NCBI GenBank assembly: GCA_017626595.1
Contig: JAGAIJ010000086.1
Coordinates: 1-63,057, forward strand
DNA from: Clostridia bacterium
GTDB lineage: Bacteria > Bacillota > Clostridia > Monoglobales > Monoglobaceae
Length of the DNA stretch: 63,057 nt
Direction: 5' to 3'
Part shown: piece by piece, positions 1 to 8,868 of the stretch
Layout of the letters: each line of letters starts with the position of its first letter
Position numbering within the stretch: position 1 is the stretch's first letter
Notes under the pieces: generated by a model
Databases searched by the model: none
Seen by the model: only the letters and a program-made list of their open reading frames with translations
Told to the model about the DNA's origin: nothing
Made by a program: the position numbers and the translations under genes

Positions 1-22
1 TACCAAACTGCGCTATATCCCG
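1..22 (-). tRNA. tRNA gene, 5' portion only (the rest lies beyond the window edge). Isotype is not determinable; a C1 start is typical of bacterial tRNA-Pro.
   Basis: The reverse complement of 1-22 reads CGGGATA TA GCGC AGTTTGGTA: acceptor 5' strand, positions 8-9, D-stem and a canonical D-loop. The anticodon is outside the window. Confidence 0.55.
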
Positions 23-67
23 ATATAAAATATTCAATTTTTTTATATCTCCCGTGTCTGTGGGATA

Positions 68-110
68 ACATGTGGTCAAAACTTGTTTGACCACATGTAT
101 TTTGTTTTTT
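68..110. terminator. Strong hairpin (13-bp stem) with a T-run on the + strand side, lying between the two tRNA-like sequences
   Basis: acatgtggtcaaa / acttg / tttgaccacatgt followed by attttgtttttt. The minus-strand reading has the A-run before the stem, so polarity relative to the minus-strand genes is unclear. Confidence 0.45.
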
Positions 111-151
111 AAGTCGCCGTAAAGTGGCGGTGTTAAAAGGTTTGTGGGAGT

Positions 152-224
152 TCGGCTCAATACTAATGAATTGAATAGTACCGTGTCCCGAACGCAGCTC
201 TCTACCAAACTGAGCCACACCCCG
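152..224 (-). pseudogene. Degenerate 73-nt tRNA-Pro(CGG)-like element
   Basis: The minus strand reads CGGGGTG TG GCTC AGTTTGGTA GAGA G CTGCG TTCGGGA CACGG TACTA TTCAATTCAT TAGTA T TGAGCCG A. The 5' half and the anticodon arm (loop TTCGGGA, anticodon CGG) are good. There is no variable region, the T-loop is 10 nt, the acceptor stem has 2 mismatches and 2 wobbles, and no CCA is present. Confidence 0.35.
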
Positions 225-265
225 AAATGCCCTGTAATTATACCACTTTTTTCGGGGGTTGTCAA

Positions 266-1105
266 TTACATCTCTATATAGTTACCGTTTCGGGCGTCAT
301 AATACATTATTGTTCCGTCGTCCAAAGCAATCTGCCACACGGGAACTGCCATAGTCTTTTTATAACTGCTTTCTCTTCCGATATAATAACCCTTGGCTAT
401 GCTTATAACAGAGGTCTTTTTCTCCTTATCCATTTCAGGATTGCCTGCTATATCCAGCAAAATACTGTTTATACTGAACAGTGCGGTTTTTTCCTGTGAG
501 GCTGTGCTTGATGACAGAAGATTTTTTGCCTGTACGGACTTTATTCCATTTTCTGTCAGCTCAAAGGTTATAAAGGAATCAAAATATTCGTATTTTTCAT
601 ACTTTCCGCTAAACAGCGCCTTAACTGTATTTCCTGTCATATTTACACCGCTGAAGGCGTACAGTTTTTCGTCTGCGCCCAGCCACTTAAGTTTTTCCCT
701 GCAGTAGCTTTCAACCTGTGTTTTATCATTTATTTTGACGCTTTCAGCGTTTTCTCCTGCTATATAGCTAAAGGAGGCTCCCTCAATCATTAAGGCTTTA
801 TCGCCCTTTTCGTAAAGCCCTGCCTCTTTTCCTCTATAACCCTTTCCTAAAAGCTTTTCAATAAAAACAGGGTCCTCTGGAATTATTTTCTCAACATAGC
901 TTTCTTCTACTCTTTCATTCTTCTCAGGAATTATATTTATATCGAGAATTATATTGCTTTTATCAAGAAGGGCAACAACCTGGCTGTTTGCCTCTTTCTC
1001 AATGGCCTTATCACGCCTGTTAAGACTTATTAAAAATCCGCTCAGCATTATAAAAATTATAAGAAGGACTGCTATTGTAATAGTCTTTATTCTTCTTAAA
1101 TCCAT
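266..1105 (-). CDS. Membrane-anchored extracytoplasmic protein, YycI-like (putative two-component regulatory accessory protein)
   Basis: 279 aa with a single N-terminal TM helix (ITIAVLLIIFIMLSGFLISL). Size and position directly after a YycH-like gene match the Bacillus yycH-yycI arrangement. GGAGG lies 8-9 nt upstream. Confidence 0.45.
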   Translation of the reverse strand: MDLRRIKTITIAVLLIIFIMLSGFLISLNRRDKAIEKEANSQVVALLDKSNIILDINIIPEKNERVEESYVEKIIPEDPVFIEKLLGKGYRGKEAGLYEKGDKALMIEGASFSYIAGENAESVKINDKTQVESYCREKLKWLGADEKLYAFSGVNMTGNTVKALFSGKYEKYEYFDSFITFELTENGIKSVQAKNLLSSSTASQEKTALFSINSILLDIAGNPEMDKEKKTSVISIAKGYYIGRESSYKKTMAVPVWQIALDDGTIMYYDARNGNYIEM

Positions 1106-1120
1106 ATTGCCCCTCCTTTC

Positions 1121-2359
1121 TTAAAGCTCTGTCCAGCTTCCTTTTTTCTCTGTTTCGCCCTTATAAATAAGGTGAATATTTCCGTTTCCGCTTACTTTAT
1201 TTTCAGCTGTTTCTCCGCCTTTTTCGTTATAACCTCTTACTCTCATATACAGCTTTGTCATCCTTCCGTTTGTAACAACAGCTGTAATTGCAGGAGTTTC
1301 TTCTATTACTGTTATTCCGTTATAGGTATATTCAAAGCTGAACCAGATTTCATCTCCCTCTGTGCGGATATTAGTCAGCCTTATTCCCATATCTCCCTCA
1401 ACATTTACGCCAAAGGTTTTAAGGGTTTTATAAACTATACTATATACCCCTCGTGCAGAGGACAAAAGTCCCACTTCAACTCCGTTTTCCTTATTAACAG
1501 CAGAATATTCCACTGTTCCGTCATAGGTAAACTTTATACTGCTTGTGGCGTCTGCAAAAATCAACGCATTATTATAATCGGAATATCTTCGAACTGTTGT
1601 TACATCATACCCGTAAACAGGAAGAAGATTTTCCATACTCTCTGTAATTTTATCAATCCTTAAGTTATCCTTATAGACTGACGGTACAACATCGGTCAGC
1701 ATCGGTAATTTATATTCAGCAACAGGAACAGGTCCAAAGCCCATCCCTTTTCGGTATTCACAGGTGCTCTTTTCGATATTAAAGTCATCCAAGGTTTCAA
1801 TTTTCTCATATTCAAAACTGAATTTATAGCCCTTGCCGTCCCTTGTGCCAAGAAGCAGTACTTTATCTTCTACAGACACAAGAATTTCGCAAAAACGCTC
1901 TGCCTCTTTAGCGAAAGTATCCTTTCTTATGCCAATTTCGTCTATATTTTCCTCTGTCAAATCATACATAAAACGAAGATGTATTCCGCCCTTGCCTGCG
2001 AGGCTCACCCATTCATCAGCTGTGATTTCGCCTACCAGTTCTGTTTTGGCATTATTTAAGGCATTCTTCATTTTTATAAGTGTATCTTCGTATCTTCTTT
2101 CATCCTTAAAAATACATACGCTCTTTTTCCCTGTGGAGATTATAATACTTTCAGGTTCTACCGCTTCCTCAAAACCCTCCTGTATTCTTCCTGTGTAATA
2201 TTCATTCTCTTTTTCCTGAATTCCAATCCAGTCTGTATAATCATTCTCAAAATTCTGATATTTAAGAATTCTACCCAGCAAAACCAAAATCCCAAGGGCG
2301 AGAACTATGATTATTATACTTTTTACAGTCTCTTTTTTATTAACTTTTTTCGCTCTCAT
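1121..2359 (-). CDS. Membrane-anchored extracytoplasmic protein, YycH-like (putative)
   Basis: 412 aa with an N-terminal TM helix (IIIIVLALGILVLLG) and a large beta-rich ectodomain. A GGGAGG RBS is present. The family call rests on size, topology and pairing with the next gene only. Confidence 0.45.
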   Translation of the reverse strand: MRAKKVNKKETVKSIIIIVLALGILVLLGRILKYQNFENDYTDWIGIQEKENEYYTGRIQEGFEEAVEPESIIISTGKKSVCIFKDERRYEDTLIKMKNALNNAKTELVGEITADEWVSLAGKGGIHLRFMYDLTEENIDEIGIRKDTFAKEAERFCEILVSVEDKVLLLGTRDGKGYKFSFEYEKIETLDDFNIEKSTCEYRKGMGFGPVPVAEYKLPMLTDVVPSVYKDNLRIDKITESMENLLPVYGYDVTTVRRYSDYNNALIFADATSSIKFTYDGTVEYSAVNKENGVEVGLLSSARGVYSIVYKTLKTFGVNVEGDMGIRLTNIRTEGDEIWFSFEYTYNGITVIEETPAITAVVTNGRMTKLYMRVRGYNEKGGETAENKVSGNGNIHLIYKGETEKKGSWTEL

Positions 2360-2375
2360 TTCCTCGCCTCCCGAT

Positions 2376-2407
2376 TAAAAAAAGGCGACATTTTTCGTCG
2401 CCCTTTA
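2376..2407 (-). terminator. Rho-independent terminator after the 159-aa secreted protein gene
   Basis: The minus strand reads agggcgacgaaaaatgtcgcc followed by ttttttt. Confidence 0.6.
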
Positions 2408-2420
2408 TCCTCAATTGTAT

Positions 2421-2900
2421 TTAGATTGAAAGTAAATTCTTGATTGCTTCGATAAACGCAGAGTTCTTTGTAAGGTCAAGCTTTACAATCTGGTAAAAAC
2501 CGTTATGCTCTGCTCTTATTAAAATATTGTTTTTGCCGTTTACAAGGCTTACTGTATTTATAAAACGACCTGTTTCCCCAACTGTAATTGTAGCCTCGTT
2601 ATACTTAACCACACTTGTTCCAAACTGGTCAACGTAAGAAACAGGAACAAAAATCTTTGTGTAAACCTTATTTACTTCATCATATTTATAGAAAGTCAGA
2701 ACGGCACCTGTAACACCCATACCCGATACAATATATGTTTCATCGGCTGTAGAATCCTTAAGATTTTCAGGTGTCAACACAGAAATTAAGTTATTTGTAG
2801 TTCCCAAATCTTCAGGAGAAACTGTATCAGGAGCAGCATAAACCGCACCCATGCTTAAAGAAAGCACCAATATTAAAATCAGGGATACAATCTTCTTCAT
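2421..2900 (-). CDS. Small secreted protein of unknown function
   Basis: 159 aa with a signal peptide (MKKIVSLILILVLSLSMGAVYA/AP). The beta-rich mature part has no recognised motif. Confidence 0.6.
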   Translation of the reverse strand: MKKIVSLILILVLSLSMGAVYAAPDTVSPEDLGTTNNLISVLTPENLKDSTADETYIVSGMGVTGAVLTFYKYDEVNKVYTKIFVPVSYVDQFGTSVVKYNEATITVGETGRFINTVSLVNGKNNILIRAEHNGFYQIVKLDLTKNSAFIEAIKNLLSI

Positions 2901-3177
2901 CTTAACCGTTCCTTTCGTAATTTTATCTTTTTACTTCTTTTCTTTATGATTATAGCATATATATGTTACAGATTTATTACAGACAAGTTACATTTTTATA
3001 AAAATATCGTAAAATTTCTTCTTATTTTGGTTAAAATATGCTACCATTTATTTCCAATATAATAGAATTCGAGAGAAATCGGGCGTTTTTGGAAGTTTTA
3101 GAGAGTTTTATCCATTTTCAGCTCCCTGTTTTCTCCGTTTTTTCAGTTTAATTCCATTTAATTGGCTTTAATCCTCT

Positions 3178-3207
3178 TTGACAAAAATTGAAAAAGGGTG
3201 TTAAAAT
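3178..3207 (+). promoter_or_regulatory. Sigma-A type promoter for the YabE-like gene
   Basis: TTGACA (3178-3183), ~18-nt spacer, TAAAAT (3202-3207), about 30 nt before the start codon. Confidence 0.5.
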
Positions 3208-3238
3208 GTGTAAGACTTTCCTAAAGTGAGGTGGTTCA

Positions 3239-4306
3239 ATGTTTAATCGACTAAGGGAGCGTTTTAGTGAATTGACCTTAGCGAATCGCATTATAGTATT
3301 TAGTGCCTGCACTATTATACTCGCTCTGAGCCTTGTGAGTGCTGTTCACTCATCAGCTCATACCATAACAATCTGCGACGGCGACAAAGCGCCTGTTGAG
3401 ATTACAACTTATAAAATGACTGTTCAGGGAGCTCTTGACGAGCAGGGCATTGTTTTATCCGAAAAGGATAAGCTCAGCCACAAGAAGGGTGCTCTCCTGA
3501 GCGATAATATGAATATTGAAGTAAACCGTGCTATGATGGTTTACATCACAACAACAGAGGGCACAAAGGCATACACCACAACCGAAAGAGTTGTAGGCGA
3601 CATTCTTGCCGAGCTTAATCTTGGGGTTGACGAGGATGACGTTGTTTCTCCAAAGAGAAACAAGAAAATCTCTCCTTACTCCTCTATTGCTGTTATGAAA
3701 ACCACAGCAAAGGTTATTACAATCGACGAGGAAATCCCTTATGAAACACAGGTTGTTCTCTCAAGCAACGCATCTGTTGGCGCGAGAGCTGTTACTCAGG
3801 AGGGTGAAAACGGAAAGAGAACTGCCACATACAAGGTTTCATACCGTGACGGCGAAGAAATTTCCAGAATTCTCGTTTCTTCTAAGGTAACAAAGGTTTC
3901 TGTTCCTGAAATCAAGGAAGTTGGAACAAGAGCCAATTATGCTATTGCATCTGCAGGAGTTTCAGTTTCCCGTAGCGGAAATTTAGACTACTCAGAAATG
4001 CTTTCCATGAATGCTACAGGCTATGACATTTCAAGCTGTGGCAAGAGCCCGTCACATCCTGCTTACGGTATTACCGCAACAGGTCGCTATGCGACAAAGG
4101 GTATTGTAGCTGTTGACCCGAGGGTTATTCCTCTTGGAACAAAGCTCTATATTACCTCTGCTGACGGCAGTTACGTTTACGGATACGCTATTGCAGCCGA
4201 CACAGGCGGTGCAATCAAGGGTAACCGAATCGACTTATGCTTTGACTCCAACGCCGAGGCTCTTCAGTTCGGCAGAAAGAATGTTAAGGTGTATATTTTA
4301 CAATAA
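3239..4306 (+). CDS. YabE-like cell-wall protein (TM anchor, DUF348, G5 domain, C-terminal 3D/RlpA-like lytic domain)
   Basis: The G5 signature region is ITIDEEIPYETQVV...TQEGENGKRTATYKVSYRDGEE. The 3D domain is ATGYD...GIVAVDPRVIPLGTKLYI...GYAIAADTGGAIKGNRIDLCF. Confidence 0.85.
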   Translation: MFNRLRERFSELTLANRIIVFSACTIILALSLVSAVHSSAHTITICDGDKAPVEITTYKMTVQGALDEQGIVLSEKDKLSHKKGALLSDNMNIEVNRAMMVYITTTEGTKAYTTTERVVGDILAELNLGVDEDDVVSPKRNKKISPYSSIAVMKTTAKVITIDEEIPYETQVVLSSNASVGARAVTQEGENGKRTATYKVSYRDGEEISRILVSSKVTKVSVPEIKEVGTRANYAIASAGVSVSRSGNLDYSEMLSMNATGYDISSCGKSPSHPAYGITATGRYATKGIVAVDPRVIPLGTKLYITSADGSYVYGYAIAADTGGAIKGNRIDLCFDSNAEALQFGRKNVKVYILQ

Positions 4307-4323
4307 TATTAAAATAATATTAC

Positions 4324-4349
4324 AGGGACTGTTCAAATGGACAGTCCCT
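4324..4349 (+). terminator. Terminator hairpin after the YabE-like gene
   Basis: agggactgt / tcaaatgg / acagtccct, followed by cttgactttta. Confidence 0.5.
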
Positions 4350-4350
4350 C

Positions 4351-4378
4351 TTGACTTTTATGCAATCTTTGCTATAAT
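4351..4378 (+). promoter_or_regulatory. Sigma-A type promoter for the LCP gene
   Basis: TTGACT (4351-4356), 16-nt spacer, TATAAT (4373-4378). Confidence 0.5.
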
Positions 4379-4412
4379 GTAAGTTGCTAAATTATTGAAA
4401 GGTCTGTCTTAA

Positions 4413-5339
4413 ATGAGCAAAAGAAAAACAAGAAAATATGCTACAATAATGATAATATTCTTTGTCATAGCCGGTCTTTTAGGCGTTTTCACCGCCAACT
4501 ACCTCTCCGGTTTATTTTTCGGACAGGGCATTGTTATAGAATCTATGGACAAGGTTGTTGACGGAAAGGTTAATTTCCTGGTTCTTGGCGTTGACGATGG
4601 CGGTCTCCGAAGCGACACTATGATGCTTGCAAGTCTTGACAGCAAGACAGGAAAGGTTACTATTATTTCCATTCCGCGAGATACAAGAGTTTTAATGGGC
4701 AGCTATCACGCAAAAATCAACTCTGCTATTGGGGTTGGCGAGCAGGAAGTTAAAAGAGGTCGCCTTGAGGAGCCTGAAGAATACCCTATCGCTATGGTAA
4801 AAAATCTTCTCGACGATATTCCTATTAACTACTTTGCAACTGTTGACTTCGACGGCTTTATTGAGATTATGGATATTTTAGGGGGCGTTGACTATGACGT
4901 TCCTATCGATATGCACTACGAGGACCCTGAGCAGGACCTCTACATCCACTTAAACAAGGGCTTCCAGCACCTTGACGGAAAGGCCTGTCACGACTTCGTT
5001 CGTTTCAGAATGGGCTATCCTACAGGGGATATCGGACGTGTTAAGGCACAGCAGAACTTCATTAAGGAAGTTATAAAGCAGAAGGTTACTCCTCTTAACA
5101 TTGCAAAATCAGGGGCAATTTTCTCTGCGGCATCAAAATATGTCCGCACAAACTTTACAGCCTTAGACCTTGCGTCTTTGCTCCCTGTACTTGGTAAAAT
5201 TGACACCGAGAACGTCGAAACAGTTCAGCTTCCGGGTGAAGCATACTATATAGGCGGAGTTTCCTACTTTATCTGTGACGAAATTGCGGCAACTGAGCTT
5301 GCAAGAGAAATTATGAGCACAGATGCAACTGCACAGTAA
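4413..5339 (+). CDS. LytR-CpsA-Psr (LCP) family cell-wall polymer transferase
   Basis: N-terminal TM helix, then NFLVLGVDDGGLRSDTMMLASLD...ISIPRDT, which is typical of the LCP core. Confidence 0.85.
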   Translation: MSKRKTRKYATIMIIFFVIAGLLGVFTANYLSGLFFGQGIVIESMDKVVDGKVNFLVLGVDDGGLRSDTMMLASLDSKTGKVTIISIPRDTRVLMGSYHAKINSAIGVGEQEVKRGRLEEPEEYPIAMVKNLLDDIPINYFATVDFDGFIEIMDILGGVDYDVPIDMHYEDPEQDLYIHLNKGFQHLDGKACHDFVRFRMGYPTGDIGRVKAQQNFIKEVIKQKVTPLNIAKSGAIFSAASKYVRTNFTALDLASLLPVLGKIDTENVETVQLPGEAYYIGGVSYFICDEIAATELAREIMSTDATAQ

Positions 5340-5373
5340 AAAAAGAACCGCCAAGGATAATCCTTAGCGGGTT

Positions 5374-5564
5374 TAGGTCGAGTGTGATGAGGAAATAATT
5401 GCCCTAAAAGGATTTTAGGGTGCATCGCAGTTTTGAAAATCAGATTTTTAGAATTAGACGAATAATAAAAATCCCGTAATACTTTGTGTATTACGGGATT
5501 TTTTTATGAAGTATAAACTGAAAATCGGGCTTCAAAACCATTATTTCCTTATTACTCTCGACCT
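5374..5564 (+). repeat. Family A intergenic palindromic element, copy 1 (~190 bp, contains a bidirectional terminator)
   Basis: The termini AGGTCGAG...CTCGACCT are inverted repeats. The left arm carries a side hairpin, ccctaaaa-gga-ttttaggg. The central hairpin is 5466-5504. It is homologous to 11191-11382 and, inverted, to 53211-53400. Confidence 0.8.
5466..5504. terminator. Bidirectional rho-independent terminator (core of family A copy 1) between the convergent LCP and rnj genes
   Basis: aaaaa tcccgtaatac tttgt gtattacggga ttttttt. Confidence 0.8.
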
Positions 5565-5566
5565 CA

Positions 5567-7231
5567 TTATACATCCATTATAACAGGAAGTATCATTGGC
5601 TTTCTCTTTGTTTTATTGAAGATAAAGCCTCCTACTTCATTCCTTAATTTTGTCTTGATTGTGTTCCAGTCAAGAGCGTTCTTGTCAAGACACATATTTA
5701 CTGTATCCATAGCAATTTCACGCATTTCACCCATCAAATCTTCCGATTCTCTTACATAAACAAAGCCTCGGGAAATTATGTCAGGACCTGACACTACCTG
5801 ATGTCCTTCACGGTCAATGGCTACTACCACAACGATAAGTCCGTCCTCAGAGAGATGCTTTCTGTCTCTTAAAACAATATTTCCGACATCTCCAACGCCC
5901 AGACCGTCAACAAGAACTCTTCCTGCAGGAACTGTTCCTGTTATCTTTGCCTCTTTATAGGAAAGCTCAACCTGTTTTCCGTTTTCAAGGAGCAGAATAT
6001 TTTTATTAGGTATTCCGACTGTTCTCGCCAGCTCCTTATGAGCATAAAGGTGCTTATATTCACCATGAACAGGAATAAAATATCTTGGATTTGCAAGGCT
6101 TAAAATTATTTTAAGCTCCTCCTGACAGGCGTGGCCTGAAACGTGGACGTCCGCCAGGGCCTCGTACACAACCTCTGCGCCGTGTTTTAAAAGCTCGTTT
6201 ATTACATTGGAAATTGCTTTTTCATTTCCGGGAATTGGGCTTGCAGAAATTATTACAAGGTCCCCCTCCTCAATGTTTGCTTTTTTATGACCTGAAAAAG
6301 CCATTCGTGACAGAGCAGCCATAGGCTCGCCCTGACTTCCTGTTGTTATTATAACTAATTTTTCCTTTGGATATCTTCCGATTTCGTCTATATCAATCAG
6401 CGTATTCTTCGGAATCTTCATATATCCAAGCTCGATTGCCGCAGAAAGCACGTTTTCCATACTTCTGCCTGATACTGCAACCTTTCTTCCAAACTTTACT
6501 GCAGCATTTATAATCTGCTGTACTCTATGGATATTTGAGGCGAAGGTTGCAACGAAAATTCTCTTTTCACAGCCCTCAAAAATGTGGTCAAAGGTCTTTC
6601 CCACAGTTCTCTCACTCATTGTAAAACCAGGTCTTTCAGCGTTTGTACTGTCGGACATAAGGGCTAAAATTCCCTTTTTCCCAAGCTCGCCTATCCTTGC
6701 TAAATCAATCATTGAGCCGTCAATTGGGGTTGTATCAATCTTAAAGTCACCTGTATGAAGAATTACTCCCGCAGGGGTGTGGATTGCAACTGCAACTGCG
6801 TCGGCGATACTGTGATTGGAGCGGATATACTCCACCTTCATTTCCCCAAGCTTAAAGCTCTCCCCGGGGTTTATCACATTTAATTTTGTGGAATTTAAAA
6901 TTCCATGCTCCTGAAGTTTGTATTTCAAAATTCCAAGAGTCAGTTTTGTGCCGTAGATTGGCACATTAAACTGCTTAAGCACATAAGGAATTGCTCCGAT
7001 ATGGTCCTCGTGGCCGTGGGTCAGCACAATTCCTCTTATCCTGTTTTTGTGCTTTTCAAGATAGGTTATATCAGGGATAACCATATCTACCCCCGGCATA
7101 TCTTCATCAGGAAATGCAAGTCCGCAATCTAAAATCAAAATGTCATTTTCGTATTCAAATACTGTCAGATTCTTTCCGATTTCGTGAAGACCGCCAAGGG
7201 GCGTAATTTTAACTTTTTTGTTTGTCTGCAC
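5567..7231 (-). CDS. rnj: Ribonuclease J (metallo-beta-lactamase/beta-CASP RNase)
   Basis: 554 aa with ITPLGGLHEIGKN and the HGHEDHIGAIPY motif. The start codon is GTG. Confidence 0.95.
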   Translation of the reverse strand: MQTNKKVKITPLGGLHEIGKNLTVFEYENDILILDCGLAFPDEDMPGVDMVIPDITYLEKHKNRIRGIVLTHGHEDHIGAIPYVLKQFNVPIYGTKLTLGILKYKLQEHGILNSTKLNVINPGESFKLGEMKVEYIRSNHSIADAVAVAIHTPAGVILHTGDFKIDTTPIDGSMIDLARIGELGKKGILALMSDSTNAERPGFTMSERTVGKTFDHIFEGCEKRIFVATFASNIHRVQQIINAAVKFGRKVAVSGRSMENVLSAAIELGYMKIPKNTLIDIDEIGRYPKEKLVIITTGSQGEPMAALSRMAFSGHKKANIEEGDLVIISASPIPGNEKAISNVINELLKHGAEVVYEALADVHVSGHACQEELKIILSLANPRYFIPVHGEYKHLYAHKELARTVGIPNKNILLLENGKQVELSYKEAKITGTVPAGRVLVDGLGVGDVGNIVLRDRKHLSEDGLIVVVVAIDREGHQVVSGPDIISRGFVYVRESEDLMGEMREIAMDTVNMCLDKNALDWNTIKTKLRNEVGGFIFNKTKRKPMILPVIMDV

Positions 7232-7389
7232 AATTTACCTCCTTCTTTTCAGTTTTTTCCGGTCATTAAAGCAACTTCATTATACTATATCTATGAAATT
7301 TTTGCAAGACTTATTAAATTATTTACTAATTTTTACTTTTCTATTCTATTTTTGGAATTTTTATGTTATTATTTATATGGGTGATTTTT

Positions 7390-8058
7390 ATGGTAAACAT
7401 CGGAAATGAATGGGACATTCTTTTAAAAGACGAATTTGAAAAGGATTATTATAAAAAATTAAGAGCATTCCTCAAAGAAGAATACTCTAAATACACTATT
7501 TTTCCTGATATGTACGACATTTTTAACGCCTTGAGATATACGGACTACAAGGATGTCAAGGTTGTTATCATCGGGCAGGACCCATACCACGAGCCAGATC
7601 AGGCTCACGGCCTCTGTTTTTCAGTAAAAAAGGGAGTCAAAGTTCCTCCCTCACTTAAAAATATTTACAAAGAAATCAATTCTGACCTTGGGCTTCCTGT
7701 TCCTGAACATGGAGAGCTTACAAAATGGGCAAAAAACGGGGTTCTGCTCCTTAACACTGTCCTCACCGTCAGAATGGGTCACGCCAACTCTCACAAGGGC
7801 AAGGGGTGGGAAATTTTCACCGACAGGGTGATCTCCCTCTTAAACGAAAGGGAAGAGCCTATTGTTTTTCTTTTATGGGGCGGAAATGCAAAGGAAAAGC
7901 TGTCCCTTATAACAAATCCAAAGCACAAGATTTTAACTACTGTGCATCCAAGCCCACTGTCTGCCTACAACGGCTTTTTCGGCTCAAAGCATTTCTCTCA
8001 GGCCAACGAATTTTTAGCCTCTGTGGGCAAAGAGCCTGTTGACTGGGAAATTATCTGA
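7390..8058 (+). CDS. ung: Uracil-DNA glycosylase
   Basis: [22 protein letters not shown] and the HPSPLSA motif. The start was moved to the ATG at 7390 (MVNIGNEW); the longer ORF from 7363 adds only hydrophobic junk. Confidence 0.9.
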   Translation: MVNIGNEWDILLKDEFEKDYYKKLRAFLKEEYSKYTIFPDMYDIFNALRYTDYKDVKVVIIGQDPYHEPDQAHGLCFSVKKGVKVPPSLKNIYKEINSDLGLPVPEHGELTKWAKNGVLLLNTVLTVRMGHANSHKGKGWEIFTDRVISLLNEREEPIVFLLWGGNAKEKLSLITNPKHKILTTVHPSPLSAYNGFFGSKHFSQANEFLASVGKEPVDWEII

Positions 8059-8707
8059 CAGGAAGTGCATAGAAAAGAAATGCAAAATACTGCAGAATAC
8101 TTCCTGCAAGAACAAAAAGGTGCCAGATTGAATGGGCATACTTAAGTTTTCTTATTGCAAAGAAAATTATTCCCAAAGTATAAGAAAGTCCGCCTGTTAC
8201 AAGAAGAATCATTCCCGGGGTTGGGACTAATTTTGCAACTGTGTCTATGCAGGAGATAATTGACCAGCCCATAACTACATAAAGCACCATACAGTATTTA
8301 TGCCATCTGTTAAGATTTATGGAATTTAAAATTATTCCTAAAACTGTGCAGAACGCATTTATTCCGAACAAGGTCCAGCCCATTGCACCTCTGATAAGGG
8401 AAAGGCATATCGGGATATATGAACCGAGAATAAGAATAAAAATACTGCAATGGTCTAAAATCTGAAACACTTTTTTAGCTTTATACGGAGTTAGAGAGTG
8501 ATATAAAGTGGAACAAAGATAGAGAATTATTAAGCTTGCACCGTAAAGAGAGGCAGACACAACCGACATTGCATCTCCCTTTATTGCAGCATAAACTATT
8601 GCAACCACCGCCATGGCAATTGCACAAAGAGCTCCTATTCCGTGGGTTATTGAGTTTGCAATTTCCTCTCCCACGCTCTGATTATTGACCTTTTTCTTTT
8701 CTTCCAT
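8051..8707 (-). CDS. Hemolysin III / PAQR family membrane protein
   Basis: [12 protein letters not shown]...LYHS...HLFVLAG signatures and seven predicted TM segments. The start is set at the ATG at 8707, which has a GGAGA RBS. The 3' end overlaps the ung stop by 8 nt (convergent). Confidence 0.85.
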   Translation of the reverse strand: MEEKKKVNNQSVGEEIANSITHGIGALCAIAMAVVAIVYAAIKGDAMSVVSASLYGASLIILYLCSTLYHSLTPYKAKKVFQILDHCSIFILILGSYIPICLSLIRGAMGWTLFGINAFCTVLGIILNSINLNRWHKYCMVLYVVMGWSIISCIDTVAKLVPTPGMILLVTGGLSYTLGIIFFAIRKLKYAHSIWHLFVLAGSILQYFAFLFYALPVR

Positions 8708-8777
8708 TTCGTCATCTCCGCAACATCTAGTATCGAATACTATTATATACCGATTTGACCCTTCTGTCAAGAAAAAC

Positions 8778-8806
8778 TTGACGATATTTGCCATTGGTGG
8801 TATAAT
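8778..8806 (+). promoter_or_regulatory. Sigma-A type promoter of glnN, with an overlapping inverted repeat
   Basis: TTGACG (8778-8783), 17-nt spacer, TATAAT (8801-8806) preceded by TGG. The inverted repeat GTCAAG-aaaaa-CTTGAC spans 8766-8782 and covers the -35 box. Confidence 0.5.
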
Positions 8807-8868
8807 AGCACTTGTATTTACGGACAAAATCTGAGAAAGTTTTATTATATTTTATTTTGGAGGTTTTT

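Noticed and set aside
24-151. An integration scar or att site of a mobile element next to the tRNA-like sequences
   Set aside because: There is no integrase or other mobile gene on the visible side, and no direct repeat of a tRNA 3' segment. The region contains only hairpins. This cannot be evaluated further because the window ends inside the tRNA.
8766-8806. A GlnR/TnrA box upstream of glnN
   Set aside because: The inverted repeat present is GTCAAG-N5-CTTGAC. It does not fit TGTNA-N7-TNACA, so it is kept only as an unassigned candidate operator.
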